Source: an uncultured Chloroflexia bacterium (lineage in GTDB: Bacteria; Chloroflexota; Chloroflexia; QHBQ01; JADMIH01). From it: a stretch of 64,000 nucleotides of DNA. The notes under the pieces are model-generated. The model was given only the letters and a program-made list of their open reading frames with translations, was not told the origin of the DNA and searched no databases. The translations under genes were made by a program, and so were the position numbers. Numbering within the stretch: position 1 is the stretch's first letter; each line of letters begins with the position of its first letter. Positions 44,487 to 55,164 of this stretch are shown here, piece after piece. The stretch covers positions 704,001 to 768,000 of the forward strand of contig CAWCNY010000006.1 in assembly GCA_963797095.1 (NCBI GenBank), read 5' to 3'.

Positions 44487-46841
44487 TTAGGCTTGGCGTA
44501 GGGCAGAGCAAATAACGTCTTCCAGGTCCATCGCTTCCCCTTCGCTCCATGCCGTCTCGAATTCCTCCGCGCTCAATTTTGCGCGCATACTGTCTACCGA
44601 GATCTCGTATGCTCTCCTATCATTCGGTTCCATCTCGTAATCTATCATCTGAAACAGTTGCGTTGCCGCTCCGAATAGGCTGACGGCCTTGAGCGCATCT
44701 CCCTTCGTACCATATACACTCGCCAATCCTATCAGGCAGTCGCCAATACCAACCTTGTGACCGATCTCCCGGCGTAGCACAAGGCTCTGATTGAACAACA
44801 TCTCCGCATGCTCCCAGTTATTACGTGCCATCGCAACCGTGCCCAGGTTTGCCATGGCTAGAGCTATACTGCGTTTGCTGCCGCTCTTTCTATGTAATTC
44901 CAGGCTCTCGCTAAAGAGTTCCACAGCTCTATCGTAATCACCCTGCGTGCGCGCCAGCACGCCCAGGCTATTCAAAGTGCGCCCCAGGTTGGCATGGTGT
45001 TCCACTTCGCGCCATAATCCGAGGGCTTTCATATAACACGTTTCTGCCCGGTCCATGTTGCCGAGCATTTCTTCACATACTCCAAGAGCGTGTAGAGATC
45101 TCCCTGTGCCCTGCTTATCAGCAAGGGTGGTGGAGATCGCCAGGCTTTCCTGCGCTAACTCTTTGGCTCGTTCATAGTCGCCTTGGCGTAACGCTAATCC
45201 GGAGGAGATGTGCAGAGCCCGCGCTCTCTCTGCAGAAAGTGATTCTCCGCTGTAGGCCAGCGTTTCGTCCAACCACTTTCTGCCCTCGCTCAAATAGCCT
45301 CGTATCTCCCAGAAAAGCCATAATGAGATGACCATCTTGAGCGCAAGATCGTCCTGTTGCTCGGTCAACCAGCCAAGAGCGGCGCGGATATTATCGTGTT
45401 CATGCTCCAACCGGTCGAGCCATTCCTTCTGGTTGGGGCCGGTCAAATTCGGCGCGGCGGTCGCGGCCAGTTGCACATAATGGCGGGCGAGGTGGTGCAT
45501 AACCTCCTCTTCCTCCCCACGCTCGTCCAGCCGTTCAAGCGCATACTCTCGAATGGTCTGTAGCATCCAGTATCTAGGCTCTTCCCGTCCTCGCGGCTCT
45601 GCTCGCTGCACCAGGCTCTTGTAAATCAAAGATTCGAGTCCATCCAGCACATCTAATTCAGCGTCTCCATCGTGGCTGCACATAGCTTCCACCCCATCGA
45701 GACCACAGCCGCCTGGGAACACGGCCAGTCTTCCCATAAGTCTCTGCTCAGGTTCGCTCAGGAGGTCGAAACTCCAGCGTATAGCTGCGCTCAACGTCTG
45801 GTGGCGTGCTGGCACATCCTTTGGACCACCTGCCAGCAAGGCGAGACTGCTACCGAGGCGTGCGAGCAATGCCCACGGTGGGAGAAGTGGGATTCGGGCT
45901 GCGATAAGCTCGATAGCAAGGGGCAACCCGTCAAGGTGGGCGCAAATTGATGCCACCGTTTGTGCGTTTTCCTCGCCCAGGGCGAAATCCCTTTTGGCCG
46001 AGCGTGCCCTGGTCAGGAATAGCTCTATTGCCGGGTAATCCGAAAGATGCTCTACGGATGGAAGATGTGATAAGTCCGGCAGCCCAAGAGGCCGTACCAC
46101 AAACTGCTCTTCGCCCCGCACGCGCAAAGCCTCTCTGCTGGTGACAAGAGCAAAGATATGTGGACACGCTCTGAGCAGGTCGGCTATAGAGGGACCGGCA
46201 TCTACCAGTTGCTCGAAGTTGTCGAGGACGAGGAGCATATGCTTGTCTTGCAACGCGTGCTCCAGGTCGGCAACGGTGGTTTGTTGGGCTATTCTCAGGC
46301 CTAGAGTCTGTGCTATCAGGTCGGGTACAAGGCTGGCGTCTCGCACCGAGGCTAATGCAATAAAGAATACTCCATCTTCGAAATCATGGGGCAGAGATCG
46401 GGCAACTTCCACAGCGAGGCGCGTCTTGCCTATGCCGGGAGCGCCCGTCAGCGTGATAAGACGGGCTTTTTCCAGTAGCAACTTATGGCGCAGAGCAGCG
46501 ATCTCTGCGCCTCGACCGATTATGGGCGTTAGGGGAGTGCTCAGGGTGGGGTGGGCGTTCGCTGCGAGCTGGGGTTCCTTGGTTTGAGAGTTGTTTTGGG
46601 CGTTAGCCTGTCCTATACGGGCTAACCGGATGAGATTTGCTCGCTCTTGCTCGGGTATCTGTAATTGTTCTGACAGCAATTCGACCAGTTGCTTGGAGGG
46701 CCTGCGTTCTCCAGTCTCAATTTTCGTAATGGTCCAGGGCGAACAGCCTATCCGGTCGGCCAACTCCTCCTGGGTCAAATCGAGGGACTTGCGTCGCTCC
46801 TTCAACCAGCGGCCAAATGTTGTGTCGTCGTTGCCGTTCAA
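44487..46841 (-). CDS. XRE-HTH / NB-ARC-type STAND ATPase / TPR regulator
   Basis: FG.WLK.RR...LTQEELA; GAPGIGKT; LVLDNFE; GLPLAIEL; TPR array. Confidence 0.9.
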   Translation of the reverse strand: MNGNDDTTFGRWLKERRKSLDLTQEELADRIGCSPWTITKIETGERRPSKQLVELLSEQLQIPEQERANLIRLARIGQANAQNNSQTKEPQLAANAHPTLSTPLTPIIGRGAEIAALRHKLLLEKARLITLTGAPGIGKTRLAVEVARSLPHDFEDGVFFIALASVRDASLVPDLIAQTLGLRIAQQTTVADLEHALQDKHMLLVLDNFEQLVDAGPSIADLLRACPHIFALVTSREALRVRGEEQFVVRPLGLPDLSHLPSVEHLSDYPAIELFLTRARSAKRDFALGEENAQTVASICAHLDGLPLAIELIAARIPLLPPWALLARLGSSLALLAGGPKDVPARHQTLSAAIRWSFDLLSEPEQRLMGRLAVFPGGCGLDGVEAMCSHDGDAELDVLDGLESLIYKSLVQRAEPRGREEPRYWMLQTIREYALERLDERGEEEEVMHHLARHYVQLAATAAPNLTGPNQKEWLDRLEHEHDNIRAALGWLTEQQDDLALKMVISLWLFWEIRGYLSEGRKWLDETLAYSGESLSAERARALHISSGLALRQGDYERAKELAQESLAISTTLADKQGTGRSLHALGVCEEMLGNMDRAETCYMKALGLWREVEHHANLGRTLNSLGVLARTQGDYDRAVELFSESLELHRKSGSKRSIALAMANLGTVAMARNNWEHAEMLFNQSLVLRREIGHKVGIGDCLIGLASVYGTKGDALKAVSLFGAATQLFQMIDYEMEPNDRRAYEISVDSMRAKLSAEEFETAWSEGEAMDLEDVICSALRQA

Positions 46842-47014
46842 CGAAGGTCTCCAATGCCTGGATGGAGCAAGTTGTACAACTTTTGGTGCTAGGGATTGTG
46901 CTAACCATTATACGTCACGGGCTGCTTTAATGGAAATAGGTTTCACCAGTGCGGCCAAGCCGTCACAAAGCAGACAAGGCATTTACTTATCGCGCCGGGA
47001 AAGGAGAATAAAGG

Positions 47015-47413
47015 ATGACAACAGATAATGCAGCTATCCGAGCAATCATCAAACAATGCTCAGACGCGTGGAATGCAGGCAACGGTAGGGCCTTCGCTGC
47101 CCCCTTTGCCGAGGACGCCGACTACATCATCATAGATGGTCGGCATGCGAGAGGGCGCGATGTGATCGCCGTCGGGCACCAACGAATATTTGAGACGATA
47201 TATCGGGACAGTAACCTCAAGATCGATATTGAAGAAATGCATTTCTTGCGCCCGGACGTGGCGGTCGTATGTTGCCTGGGGCTTCTAACAGGCGCCCGCG
47301 GTGAGAACAAATACAGGGAACAGGCACGGAGTGGTTGGGTGATGACCAAAACCGATGGTGAGTGGCAAGTTGCGTCTTTCCAGAATACGCCCATTGCACC
47401 ACCGCGCCAGTAA
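47015..47413 (+). CDS. SgcJ/EcaC family NTF2-like protein
   Basis: AWNAG....FA..F.EDADY....G....GR, FL.PDVA and W....FQNT motifs. Confidence 0.85.
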   Translation: MTTDNAAIRAIIKQCSDAWNAGNGRAFAAPFAEDADYIIIDGRHARGRDVIAVGHQRIFETIYRDSNLKIDIEEMHFLRPDVAVVCCLGLLTGARGENKYREQARSGWVMTKTDGEWQVASFQNTPIAPPRQ

Positions 47414-47440
47414 GGCCAGTAAGGCCTGTAGGGCCGGAGC

Positions 47441-47914
47441 ATGATAAAGATGTGGGGGATTGAACACAGGCCCGCTATGACCCGACCAATCTCTGAAAGG
47501 GGACTTATATTGGTCAGCGAACACGCTTTGAGTCTGGTACAGGCATACCTTCGCAGCCAGGATACAAATCTCTTCGCCCACGATGCTGAGTTTCGGTTCA
47601 TGTCGCAGCATGAGCCGCTGACCGGGCGGCAAGCTATAGATGTGATCTTAGGCATGTTGTGTCGCGAGACATTTACGCACGTCCGATGCGAGCAGGTGAA
47701 GATGCTGGGTATGGAAAACTGTGTCGTGGCCGAGTTTGTCTTTCGCGGTCGGAATACCGGGCCGCTCATGGGAGCGCCTCCGACCGGCAAGACGGTTGCG
47801 ATTCCGATGATCGCGGTCTGCGAAGTTACAGGGTCGTACATAACACGTACGCGACTCTATTGCGATACTTGCCAGATAGGCAGACAGCTAGGGCTTGACC
47901 CTAACTCATGGTAG
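47441..47914 (+). CDS. SnoaL-like ester cyclase family protein
   Basis: E..F.G..TG.LMG.PPTGK.V.IP motif; start position uncertain. Confidence 0.78.
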   Translation: MIKMWGIEHRPAMTRPISERGLILVSEHALSLVQAYLRSQDTNLFAHDAEFRFMSQHEPLTGRQAIDVILGMLCRETFTHVRCEQVKMLGMENCVVAEFVFRGRNTGPLMGAPPTGKTVAIPMIAVCEVTGSYITRTRLYCDTCQIGRQLGLDPNSW

Positions 47915-47947
47915 TTGCGAGTTTTGCACTTGAAGAGGAGAATCATT

Positions 47948-48700
47948 ATGAATCGAGGTTTCATTCCACGCGTCGGAACGATGGGAGGTGCGCTGTTCGT
48001 GGTTCTGGTGCTGGTGGCCGACTTCACCCTCGTGCCTCAGCCTCCACAGGCGGGGGTATCACCACAGACGATAACAACTTTCCTGACGAACAATCAGGGT
48101 GGCTTACGACTGACAGGGTTGGTCGAAGGCATTGCCACCGCCTTTTTGCTGTGGTTCGCTGTGAGCTTGTCGGATTACCTGCGAAATACAGGCGCTTCAG
48201 AAGCCACCCCGCACAGTGAAGATAACCGGATGGCAGCTACCCTGTGCCTGGCCGGGGGATTGGTTGCTGCGATATTGAACTGGATTTGGTCCGTCCTCAT
48301 GGTGGCCCTTGCCGCTGCTCCGGCAGGAGGAGCCGCTGATAGCGTCTACGCTCTCTATGGCGTATCAACCACAGTGCTCTCTTTTATCCCGTTCCCGGGA
48401 TTCTTATTTCTCGCGGCGTTTTCGTTGCAACTTATCAGGAGCGGAAGCCTTTCGTGGCTCGGCTGGGCCGGTTTCGTGGCTGCTGTGTTCCAACTGTTGA
48501 GTGGAATCGGAGCCACACTTTCTACGACCGGGTTGTTTGCACAGTACGGCGGCTTTACTTTGCTGGCGTTTCTGCTGCTACTGGCCTGGTTGCTGCTGGC
48601 AAGTGTTGTACTGACCCGGCGCACATGGACAATGCCCGCGAATAGTAATTTGCGGATGCAGCAGAACAAGGACGGTAAGCCCTATGCAGGTCAAGCGTAA
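47948..48700 (+). CDS. Multi-TM membrane protein (DUF4386-like)
   Basis: About six hydrophobic segments; W.GW motif; GAGGAG RBS. Confidence 0.65.
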   Translation: MNRGFIPRVGTMGGALFVVLVLVADFTLVPQPPQAGVSPQTITTFLTNNQGGLRLTGLVEGIATAFLLWFAVSLSDYLRNTGASEATPHSEDNRMAATLCLAGGLVAAILNWIWSVLMVALAAAPAGGAADSVYALYGVSTTVLSFIPFPGFLFLAAFSLQLIRSGSLSWLGWAGFVAAVFQLLSGIGATLSTTGLFAQYGGFTLLAFLLLLAWLLLASVVLTRRTWTMPANSNLRMQQNKDGKPYAGQA

Positions 48701-48782
48701 CCTTGCTTTTAGAAATAGGCGTAGCCATTCATAGTGCGGTTTGCCATCAATTTATCAAGAAGTCAGAATGGAGGATACGGGA

Positions 48783-50039
48783 ATGATCAGCAGATTCAGA
48801 TTTGTAGTTGCAATATTCATACTGCCCATGCTGTTAGCATCACTGGCTGGCGCTCATTATGCGTTCGCCTCGACCACGGCTCAGGCGGGCGCTCAGACCT
48901 GGACGGTGCTTGTGGGAGGGGAATCGGCTCCGGTGGCCGGGCCTGAACACCCAACCAGCGCCTGGACCTACGCTCGTTTCTACCCGCAGAATATCACAGT
49001 GCATAAAGGGGACACGATTATATGGAAGCTGAACTCTATGGAGATTCACCAGATAGTCTTCCCGGCCCCAGGCCAAACCTATCTCCCCTTTACGCAGCCC
49101 GATCCCAGCAATCCGCAGGCCCAGATGATCAACCCGTTGGTTGCCTATCCCCAGGGTGGTTCAGAGTATGACGGAACCGCCCTGACCGGTTCAGGATTGC
49201 TTGGGTCACCTCCTTCCAACACCCAGGAGTACAAACTGACCTTCACTCAGGAGGGCTCCTTCAACTACATATGCCCTATGCATTCGGCGCAACTTCCCGA
49301 AGGCCAGGTAGTTGGCATGATCGGCTCGGTAACCGTCATTGGCGCGGATCAGCCCCTTCCAAAGACCCAGACCCAGATCGACGGCGAGGCCCAGGCCGCG
49401 ATCGAAGCGGACAATCAGGCGGCAAAGGCAGCCGAACCTGCGGCCCAACAAGTAGCGCCACCTTCGCCGGGTCCTGACGGTACGATGATCTTTCATGGCA
49501 ATGTTGGGTGGGATAACGGTGCGCTTTCTTACATGCGCTTCTCACCTCAGGATTTCACCATTCATGTGGGCGATACGATAGAGTGGACACAAATCTCGAA
49601 TCAGACCCCTCATACGGTTACACTCTACTCAGGCCAGCCTGAGCCGCCGCTGTTCGTTACTGAGCCGGAATCTGGCGGCCCGCCGAAGATCTTGCTCAAT
49701 CCCGCCGCGTTTGCACCTGCGGGCGGTAGCACATATGATGGCACAGGCACCAGCAATTCCGGCTACATGCCCGGTAAGCAGGACCCGGCCCCGGGCCAAC
49801 GAACCTACAGTTTGACTTTCACCAAGCCTGGCACATATGAGTACATCTGTGTGCTGCATGACGAGATGGGGATGAACGGTCACATCACGGTACTTGCGGC
49901 CGGTAGCACGCCAGGAATGCCACAAACCGGTCAGGGCATGCAGGCTGCAAATTTGCTGCTGCCCGGTTTGGTAGGAGGTGCTCTGTTGCTCATGATAGGG
50001 TTGTTGGTCTTGATAGGGCGGCGCATATCCAGAATATAG
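48783..50039 (+). CDS. Secreted two-domain cupredoxin (type 1 copper) protein with a sortase-like C-terminus
   Basis: Two H...C-x2-H-xn-M ligand sets; signal peptide; MPQTG followed by a TM and an RR tail. Confidence 0.85.
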   Translation: MISRFRFVVAIFILPMLLASLAGAHYAFASTTAQAGAQTWTVLVGGESAPVAGPEHPTSAWTYARFYPQNITVHKGDTIIWKLNSMEIHQIVFPAPGQTYLPFTQPDPSNPQAQMINPLVAYPQGGSEYDGTALTGSGLLGSPPSNTQEYKLTFTQEGSFNYICPMHSAQLPEGQVVGMIGSVTVIGADQPLPKTQTQIDGEAQAAIEADNQAAKAAEPAAQQVAPPSPGPDGTMIFHGNVGWDNGALSYMRFSPQDFTIHVGDTIEWTQISNQTPHTVTLYSGQPEPPLFVTEPESGGPPKILLNPAAFAPAGGSTYDGTGTSNSGYMPGKQDPAPGQRTYSLTFTKPGTYEYICVLHDEMGMNGHITVLAAGSTPGMPQTGQGMQAANLLLPGLVGGALLLMIGLLVLIGRRISRI

Positions 50040-50107
50040 AAGCCAATAGCCAGCAGAATCAGATATCCCCCGACTGTCAGATTCAGCTTCGCAGGCGTGC
50101 AATCTGG

Positions 50108-50183
50108 TTCTAAAATAGCCAAAATGACGGCGAAGCCGTCATTTTGGCTATTTTAGAAAGCCCCTCCCCAATTTGGGGAGGGG
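50108..50183. repeat. 24-bp perfect inverted repeat with an adjacent CCCCTCCCC/GGGGAGGGG hairpin
   Basis: Arms at 50108-50131 and 50135-50158 with a GAA loop; second hairpin at 50161-50183. Confidence 0.9.
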
Positions 50184-50297
50184 TCGTTGGGCATTCCCGA
50201 TTTATTTTGCGGACGAACCGAAAATTCTGGATGTCTAATGTTAGAAAGCCCCTTTGCCGTCCCTCGCTGCCTCGGATATATGAGGGTGTTCTGATTT

Positions 50298-51221
50298 CTA
50301 TTCCCAGCCGCCGGTGACTACCGTCTCGAACTGGTCCATCGTCCAGTAGCCATTGGCTATGTATCGCTTGATGGCGAAGGCGGGGTCTACCGTGTCGTCC
50401 ATCACGTCCCGCAGGCGGAACGCACCTTTATAGCCGTAGCTGGCGATCTTCTGAGCCGAGGCAGCATCGTAGACGCCGAATGGATACGCGAAGAAGGGCG
50501 TTTCGTGCCCCACGATGGCCTCGATGGTGGCCTTCGGCTCAACGAGTTGGCGCTGCCAATCTTCATCTGTGTTGTACTCCGTGACCATGTGGTGGTCCCA
50601 GGTGTGAGGCTCTATATCGAAGCCTTCGTCGCTGAGAGTCTTGATCTGGTCCACACCCATGAAGTTTTCCTTCCCAAGGGTGACGGTCATCACGAAGAAA
50701 ACAGCCGTGAAGCCGTACTTCTTGAGGAGTGGGCGCGCCGTTATGAACTGATTATCAATATTGTCATCAAAGGAGAGCATGATCGGCTTGGGTGGCAATG
50801 GCTTGCCGTTTATTTCGTAGTCGTACACTTGCTGGGCGTTGACGCCTGTATAGCCGTTGTCCTTGAGCCACTTTAGCTGTTCTTCCAGCAGGCTTGGGGG
50901 CACGATGTAAGCGCGGTCGTCCTCGGTGTCGGCAGGCTTCCAGTCGCGAATGTGGTGGTAGCAGAGCACAGGCACGAAGTCGCGATCCGCTGCCGGGATG
51001 GGCGTGGGTGTGGCGGTTGGAGCTTCTGTAGCGGTGGCTGTAGGGAGAGGGGTTGCAGTATCTGCTGGTATCGGTTGCGGGGTAGCGGTGGCTGGCGACT
51101 GTGTCGGGGCGATAGGCGTGGCGGTGGGCGGATCGTCGCCACAGGCGGCGACGATGAAGGCTGTCGCCAGCAGAAATATCAGGGGAAGGAGATAGCGCAC
51201 AATTAATCGAGGCATGGTCAT
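50298..51221 (-). CDS. Polysaccharide deacetylase (CE4) lipoprotein
   Basis: Lipobox VAAC, PT linker, PVLCYH, SFDD, HTWDH and FAYPFG motifs. Confidence 0.9.
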   Translation of the reverse strand: MTMPRLIVRYLLPLIFLLATAFIVAACGDDPPTATPIAPTQSPATATPQPIPADTATPLPTATATEAPTATPTPIPAADRDFVPVLCYHHIRDWKPADTEDDRAYIVPPSLLEEQLKWLKDNGYTGVNAQQVYDYEINGKPLPPKPIMLSFDDNIDNQFITARPLLKKYGFTAVFFVMTVTLGKENFMGVDQIKTLSDEGFDIEPHTWDHHMVTEYNTDEDWQRQLVEPKATIEAIVGHETPFFAYPFGVYDAASAQKIASYGYKGAFRLRDVMDDTVDPAFAIKRYIANGYWTMDQFETVVTGGWE

Positions 51222-51380
51222 GAATCCAAATCTGTCTATTACCCCACGCTTGGGATGTGGCCTTAATGTCACAAAATGCCGCCAAAATGGGCTGTTTCCA
51301 GATGAAGTTGCTCTCCTTCTACGCACGGAAAATGAATTATGACCATGCCTCAATTAATCCACGATCTTGACGCATGGAAA

Positions 51381-51422
51381 GAGGAGCCTTTCTAATATGG
51401 GGAGGAGCCTTTCTAATATGGG
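51381..51422. repeat. 21-bp tandem duplication
   Basis: (GAGGAGCCTTTCTAATATGGG)x2. Confidence 0.9.
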
Positions 51423-51628
51423 ATGGGACGTGGGCAGCGCCGGGATCATTTTACCAGATCTGAGGGAATGAGCGTAGGGGAAGGACGAAGGACGACAAGT
51501 GGAGAGCACCGAGTAAGTGCGTGTTGGGGATTGTCAAAGTGCTGCCTCCGTCGTATACTGGCGGGGCTAATGGCTCTATGGCAGTGTGCCATTATATCCC
51601 TGAAGATCGGGAGGTATTGAGATCATAT

Positions 51629-53608
51629 ATGAGCGATAACACCACAGGCACAATCGAAACATTATTGCATGAAGAACGCGTATACGAGCCATCACCTGAG
51701 TTTGTGGCTCAGGCAAATATCAACGACCCCGATGTGTACGAGTGGGCCGAGCGCGACCCCGACGGCTATTGGATGGAGCAGGCGAAGCTCATAGAGTGGT
51801 TCCGGCAGCCGAAGCAGGTGCTTGAGTGGAACCCTCCATTTGCCAAATGGTTCCAGGATGGCACCCTCAACGCTTCGTATAACTGCCTGGACCGTCACCT
51901 CGCGGAGCGCGGGAACAAGACAGCATTGATCTGGGAGGGCGAGCCGGGCGATATTCGCACCCTGTCCTATTCTGACATGTACCGGGAGGTGAACCGGGCG
52001 GCCCAGATGCTCAAGAACCTGGGTGTGGGCAAGGGCGACCGGGTGGCGATTTACATGCCCATGATCCCGGAGGCGGCTATCTCGATGCTGGCCTGCGCCC
52101 GCATCGGTGCTCCTCACACGGTGGTGTTCGGGGGCTTCTCGCCCGAAGCCCTGCGCGACCGCATTATTGACGCCGAGGCCAGGCTGGTGATCACGGCGGA
52201 CGGTGGCTACAGGAGAGGCGGGGTGGTGGCCTTGAAAGCCAATACGGACGCCGCTCTCGATGCGCCCGATCTCCCTGTGGAGCACGTGCTCGTAGTGCAA
52301 CGGGTGGGCGCGGGCGTACATGGGCTGACCATGCAAGAAGGCCGGGATGTCTGGTGGCACGAGGGTCTGGCGGAAGTGCCTGAGGATACCGTCGTCGAGC
52401 CTGAGCAAGTAGATGCCGAGCACCCTCTTTTCATCCTGTACACATCGGGCACGACCGGCAAGCCGAAGGGCGTGCTGCACACGACGGGCGGTTATATGGT
52501 GGGCACCACTCTGACCACCAACTGGGTGTTTGACCTGAAAGACGATGATGTCTACTGGTGTACGGCAGACGTGGGGTGGGTGACCGGGCACTCGTACATT
52601 GTGTACGGGCCTATGTCGAACGGGGCAACCCAGGTGATGTACGAGGGCACGCCCGATTTCCCCGACAAGGATAGGTGGTGGCGGATTATCGAGAAGCACA
52701 AGGTTACGATCCTCTATACAGCACCAACCGCCATCCGCGCCTGTATGCGCTGGGGCTCCGAGTTCCCCGCGCGATGCGACCTCTCTTCATTGAGGCTGCT
52801 TGGCACAGTTGGCGAGCCGATCAACCCCGAAGCCTGGGTGTGGTACAACATCAATATAGGCAGGGAAAAGTGCCCGATTGTCGATACGTGGTGGCAGACC
52901 GAAACCGGGGCGATCATGATCACCCCTCTACCTGGGCTGGTGCCGACCAAGCCCGGAAGCGCCACAAAGCCCCTGCCGGGCATCGCGGCGCAGGTGGTGG
53001 ACGAGCATAGCAACCCTGTAGCCAAAGGGTCGGCGGGCGGCCTGCTGGTGATCAAGAAACCGTGGCCGTCCATGCTGCGTACAGTGTGGGGCGACGATGA
53101 GCGGTATATCAGCCAGTACTGGAGCAAGTTCGGCGACGCCCACGAAATTTACTTCACAGGCGATGGGGCGCGCGAGGACGAGGACGGCTACCTGTGGCTG
53201 CTGGGCAGGGTGGACGACGTGCTCAACGTGGCCGGGCACAGGCTCGGCACGATGGAGATTGAGAGCGCGCTTGTGAGCCACGTGTCGGTAGCCGAGGCGG
53301 CGGTGGTAGGCGTGTCGCACGAGATCAAGGGGCAGGGCGTGGTGGCCTTCGTCACGCCGAGGGGTGGCGTAGAGGCCGGGCCTGCGCTGGTCGAGGAATT
53401 GCGCAACCACGTGGCCGAGAAGATCGGTCCAATCGCCAAGCCCGACCGTATATACTTCACCTCCGAGCTGCCCAAGACCCGGTCGGCCAAGATCATGCGC
53501 CGCCTGTTGCGCGACATCGCCGAGGGGCGCGTGCTGGGCGACACGACCACCCTGGCCGATCCCACCGTGATGGCCGCTATCAAGCGGCAATACGAGGAGA
53601 ACGAATAG
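51629..53608 (+). CDS. acs: Acetyl-CoA synthetase
   Basis: [34 protein letters not shown] and [12 protein letters not shown] motifs. Confidence 0.96.
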   Translation: MSDNTTGTIETLLHEERVYEPSPEFVAQANINDPDVYEWAERDPDGYWMEQAKLIEWFRQPKQVLEWNPPFAKWFQDGTLNASYNCLDRHLAERGNKTALIWEGEPGDIRTLSYSDMYREVNRAAQMLKNLGVGKGDRVAIYMPMIPEAAISMLACARIGAPHTVVFGGFSPEALRDRIIDAEARLVITADGGYRRGGVVALKANTDAALDAPDLPVEHVLVVQRVGAGVHGLTMQEGRDVWWHEGLAEVPEDTVVEPEQVDAEHPLFILYTSGTTGKPKGVLHTTGGYMVGTTLTTNWVFDLKDDDVYWCTADVGWVTGHSYIVYGPMSNGATQVMYEGTPDFPDKDRWWRIIEKHKVTILYTAPTAIRACMRWGSEFPARCDLSSLRLLGTVGEPINPEAWVWYNINIGREKCPIVDTWWQTETGAIMITPLPGLVPTKPGSATKPLPGIAAQVVDEHSNPVAKGSAGGLLVIKKPWPSMLRTVWGDDERYISQYWSKFGDAHEIYFTGDGAREDEDGYLWLLGRVDDVLNVAGHRLGTMEIESALVSHVSVAEAAVVGVSHEIKGQGVVAFVTPRGGVEAGPALVEELRNHVAEKIGPIAKPDRIYFTSELPKTRSAKIMRRLLRDIAEGRVLGDTTTLADPTVMAAIKRQYEENE

Positions 53609-53725
53609 CATCTCTGACCGGCACAACACCTATAAACCGGTGCTTAATCCTGTCCAATCGCCCCTATGCAGATTAGGTCATTTGTGCTAAATTGAGGCCA
53701 CATATATCTTGCAGAGGAGTGGGAA

Positions 53726-54118
53726 AGGATAGACAGAATAAGCACCGTTTGCATCTTCGTCGCCGATCAGGTTCGCGCCAAAGAGTTCTACACAAATATC
53801 CTCGGGTTCGAGTTGCGCCAGGATTCTCCTCTTTACTCTGGAGCTGCGTCGAGATGGATTGACGTTGCTCCCGCCGGTTCGGTAACCGATGTGATCCTCT
53901 ACCTGCCCGACGAAAACTGGGAGCACTACAGGCAGGTGGTCGGCCAGTCGCAGGCCTTAACCTTCAGCGTCCCCGATATGAACGCGCTCGTTACCGACTT
54001 GAAGGCCAAATGGGTCACCTTCACACAGGAGCCTGACGTGCAGCCCTGGGGTACCTACGCCCAGATACTCAACTCAGAAGGTAACCGTCTGTTGCTGGTG
54101 GAAGAACCGAAGGGGTAG
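53726..54118 (+). pseudogene. VOC/glyoxalase family gene lacking a canonical start codon
   Basis: GAGGAG RBS, then AGG-ATA-GAC; frame reads IDRISTVCIFVADQ.RAKEFY..LGF...QPWG...EGN. Confidence 0.6.
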
Positions 54119-54142
54119 GCTGCAGTTACGGGGGCATAGGAA

Positions 54143-55006
54143 CTATGCGCCTGATCGAAGCGTCAGCAGTGTGATCTCCGGCCTGCAATTAAAGCGTACA
54201 TAGGGCTTGACCATACCGATCCCCCGGTTGGTGTATTGCAGCATATCTCCAACCTGGTAGAGCCCGCTGTGGTACTTCACGCCCAGGTAAGGCAATCGTA
54301 GCGGGCCGTAGAAAGGCACCGCCACCTGCCCGCCGTGCGAATGCCCCGATAGCTGGAGGTCGAAGCGCCCGGTAGTGGCGGATTGATCCGCAAAGTCCGG
54401 TTCATGAGCAATCAGGATCGCCGCACCCTGGTTGGGGGTCTGCGCCAGTGCCTGGTCAAGATCGTCTTGCTGCTGCCAGACATCATCCACACCTGCGATG
54501 GTCAGCAAGTCGCTGCCGCGCTCCAATGTACGAGCGGCGTTCCTTAGCTCAATGGTAGGCGTGGCTGCCAGCACTTCGCGCACGCGATCAGCGCCCTGCC
54601 AGTGGTCGTGGTTGCCGAGCACCACCAGCACTCCGTCTTTTGCCGAAAGGTAGCTGAACGTCGTAGCGATATCATCGCCTGAGCGGCGTGGGCCGGTTGT
54701 GAAGATATCGCCCGTGATCACCACAAGGTCGGCGGCCATTGCGTTGACCCTGGCGACCACATCCTGTATATGAGCGCGGGTGATCCAGCCTCCCGCGTGA
54801 ATGTCGCTGATCTGCGCGATTCGATAATTATGGAAGGAGGACGCGAGGCGTGGCAGGGTTAAGGCTACCTTTTCTATATGCACCCATTCCGGTTCAACGT
54901 CGTAGGCATAGCCCGCGCCGCCCACAGCCGCCAGGCTCGCACCAACCGATAGCTTGACCGCTTGCTTGAGAAAAGAGCGTCTGGTTAGAGCGTTCTGGTA
55001 ACGCAT
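54143..55006 (-). CDS. Tat-exported metallophosphoesterase (YkuE-like)
   Basis: TRRSFLK signal; SDIH, TGD, GNHD, AHEPD and GHSHGGQ motifs. Confidence 0.92.
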   Translation of the reverse strand: MRYQNALTRRSFLKQAVKLSVGASLAAVGGAGYAYDVEPEWVHIEKVALTLPRLASSFHNYRIAQISDIHAGGWITRAHIQDVVARVNAMAADLVVITGDIFTTGPRRSGDDIATTFSYLSAKDGVLVVLGNHDHWQGADRVREVLAATPTIELRNAARTLERGSDLLTIAGVDDVWQQQDDLDQALAQTPNQGAAILIAHEPDFADQSATTGRFDLQLSGHSHGGQVAVPFYGPLRLPYLGVKYHSGLYQVGDMLQYTNRGIGMVKPYVRFNCRPEITLLTLRSGA

Positions 55007-55164
55007 GGCAACATCATACCAGGGACCATGCCGCGAATCCGACGATGCGAGTGGCGCATAGATTGCACCTGAGTGCTTGACGGTGGGGCTGCCGCCGGGA
55101 AGTGACTGGAAGGCGGGCGCAGGGCACGGCTCGCCCTTACAGGCCGCTTGGGAACGCGCTATTG

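Noticed and set aside
47404-47435. GCCAGTAAG nonamer repeated at the stop of the SgcJ-like gene
   Set aside because: Only about three degenerate units; consistent with a local duplication.
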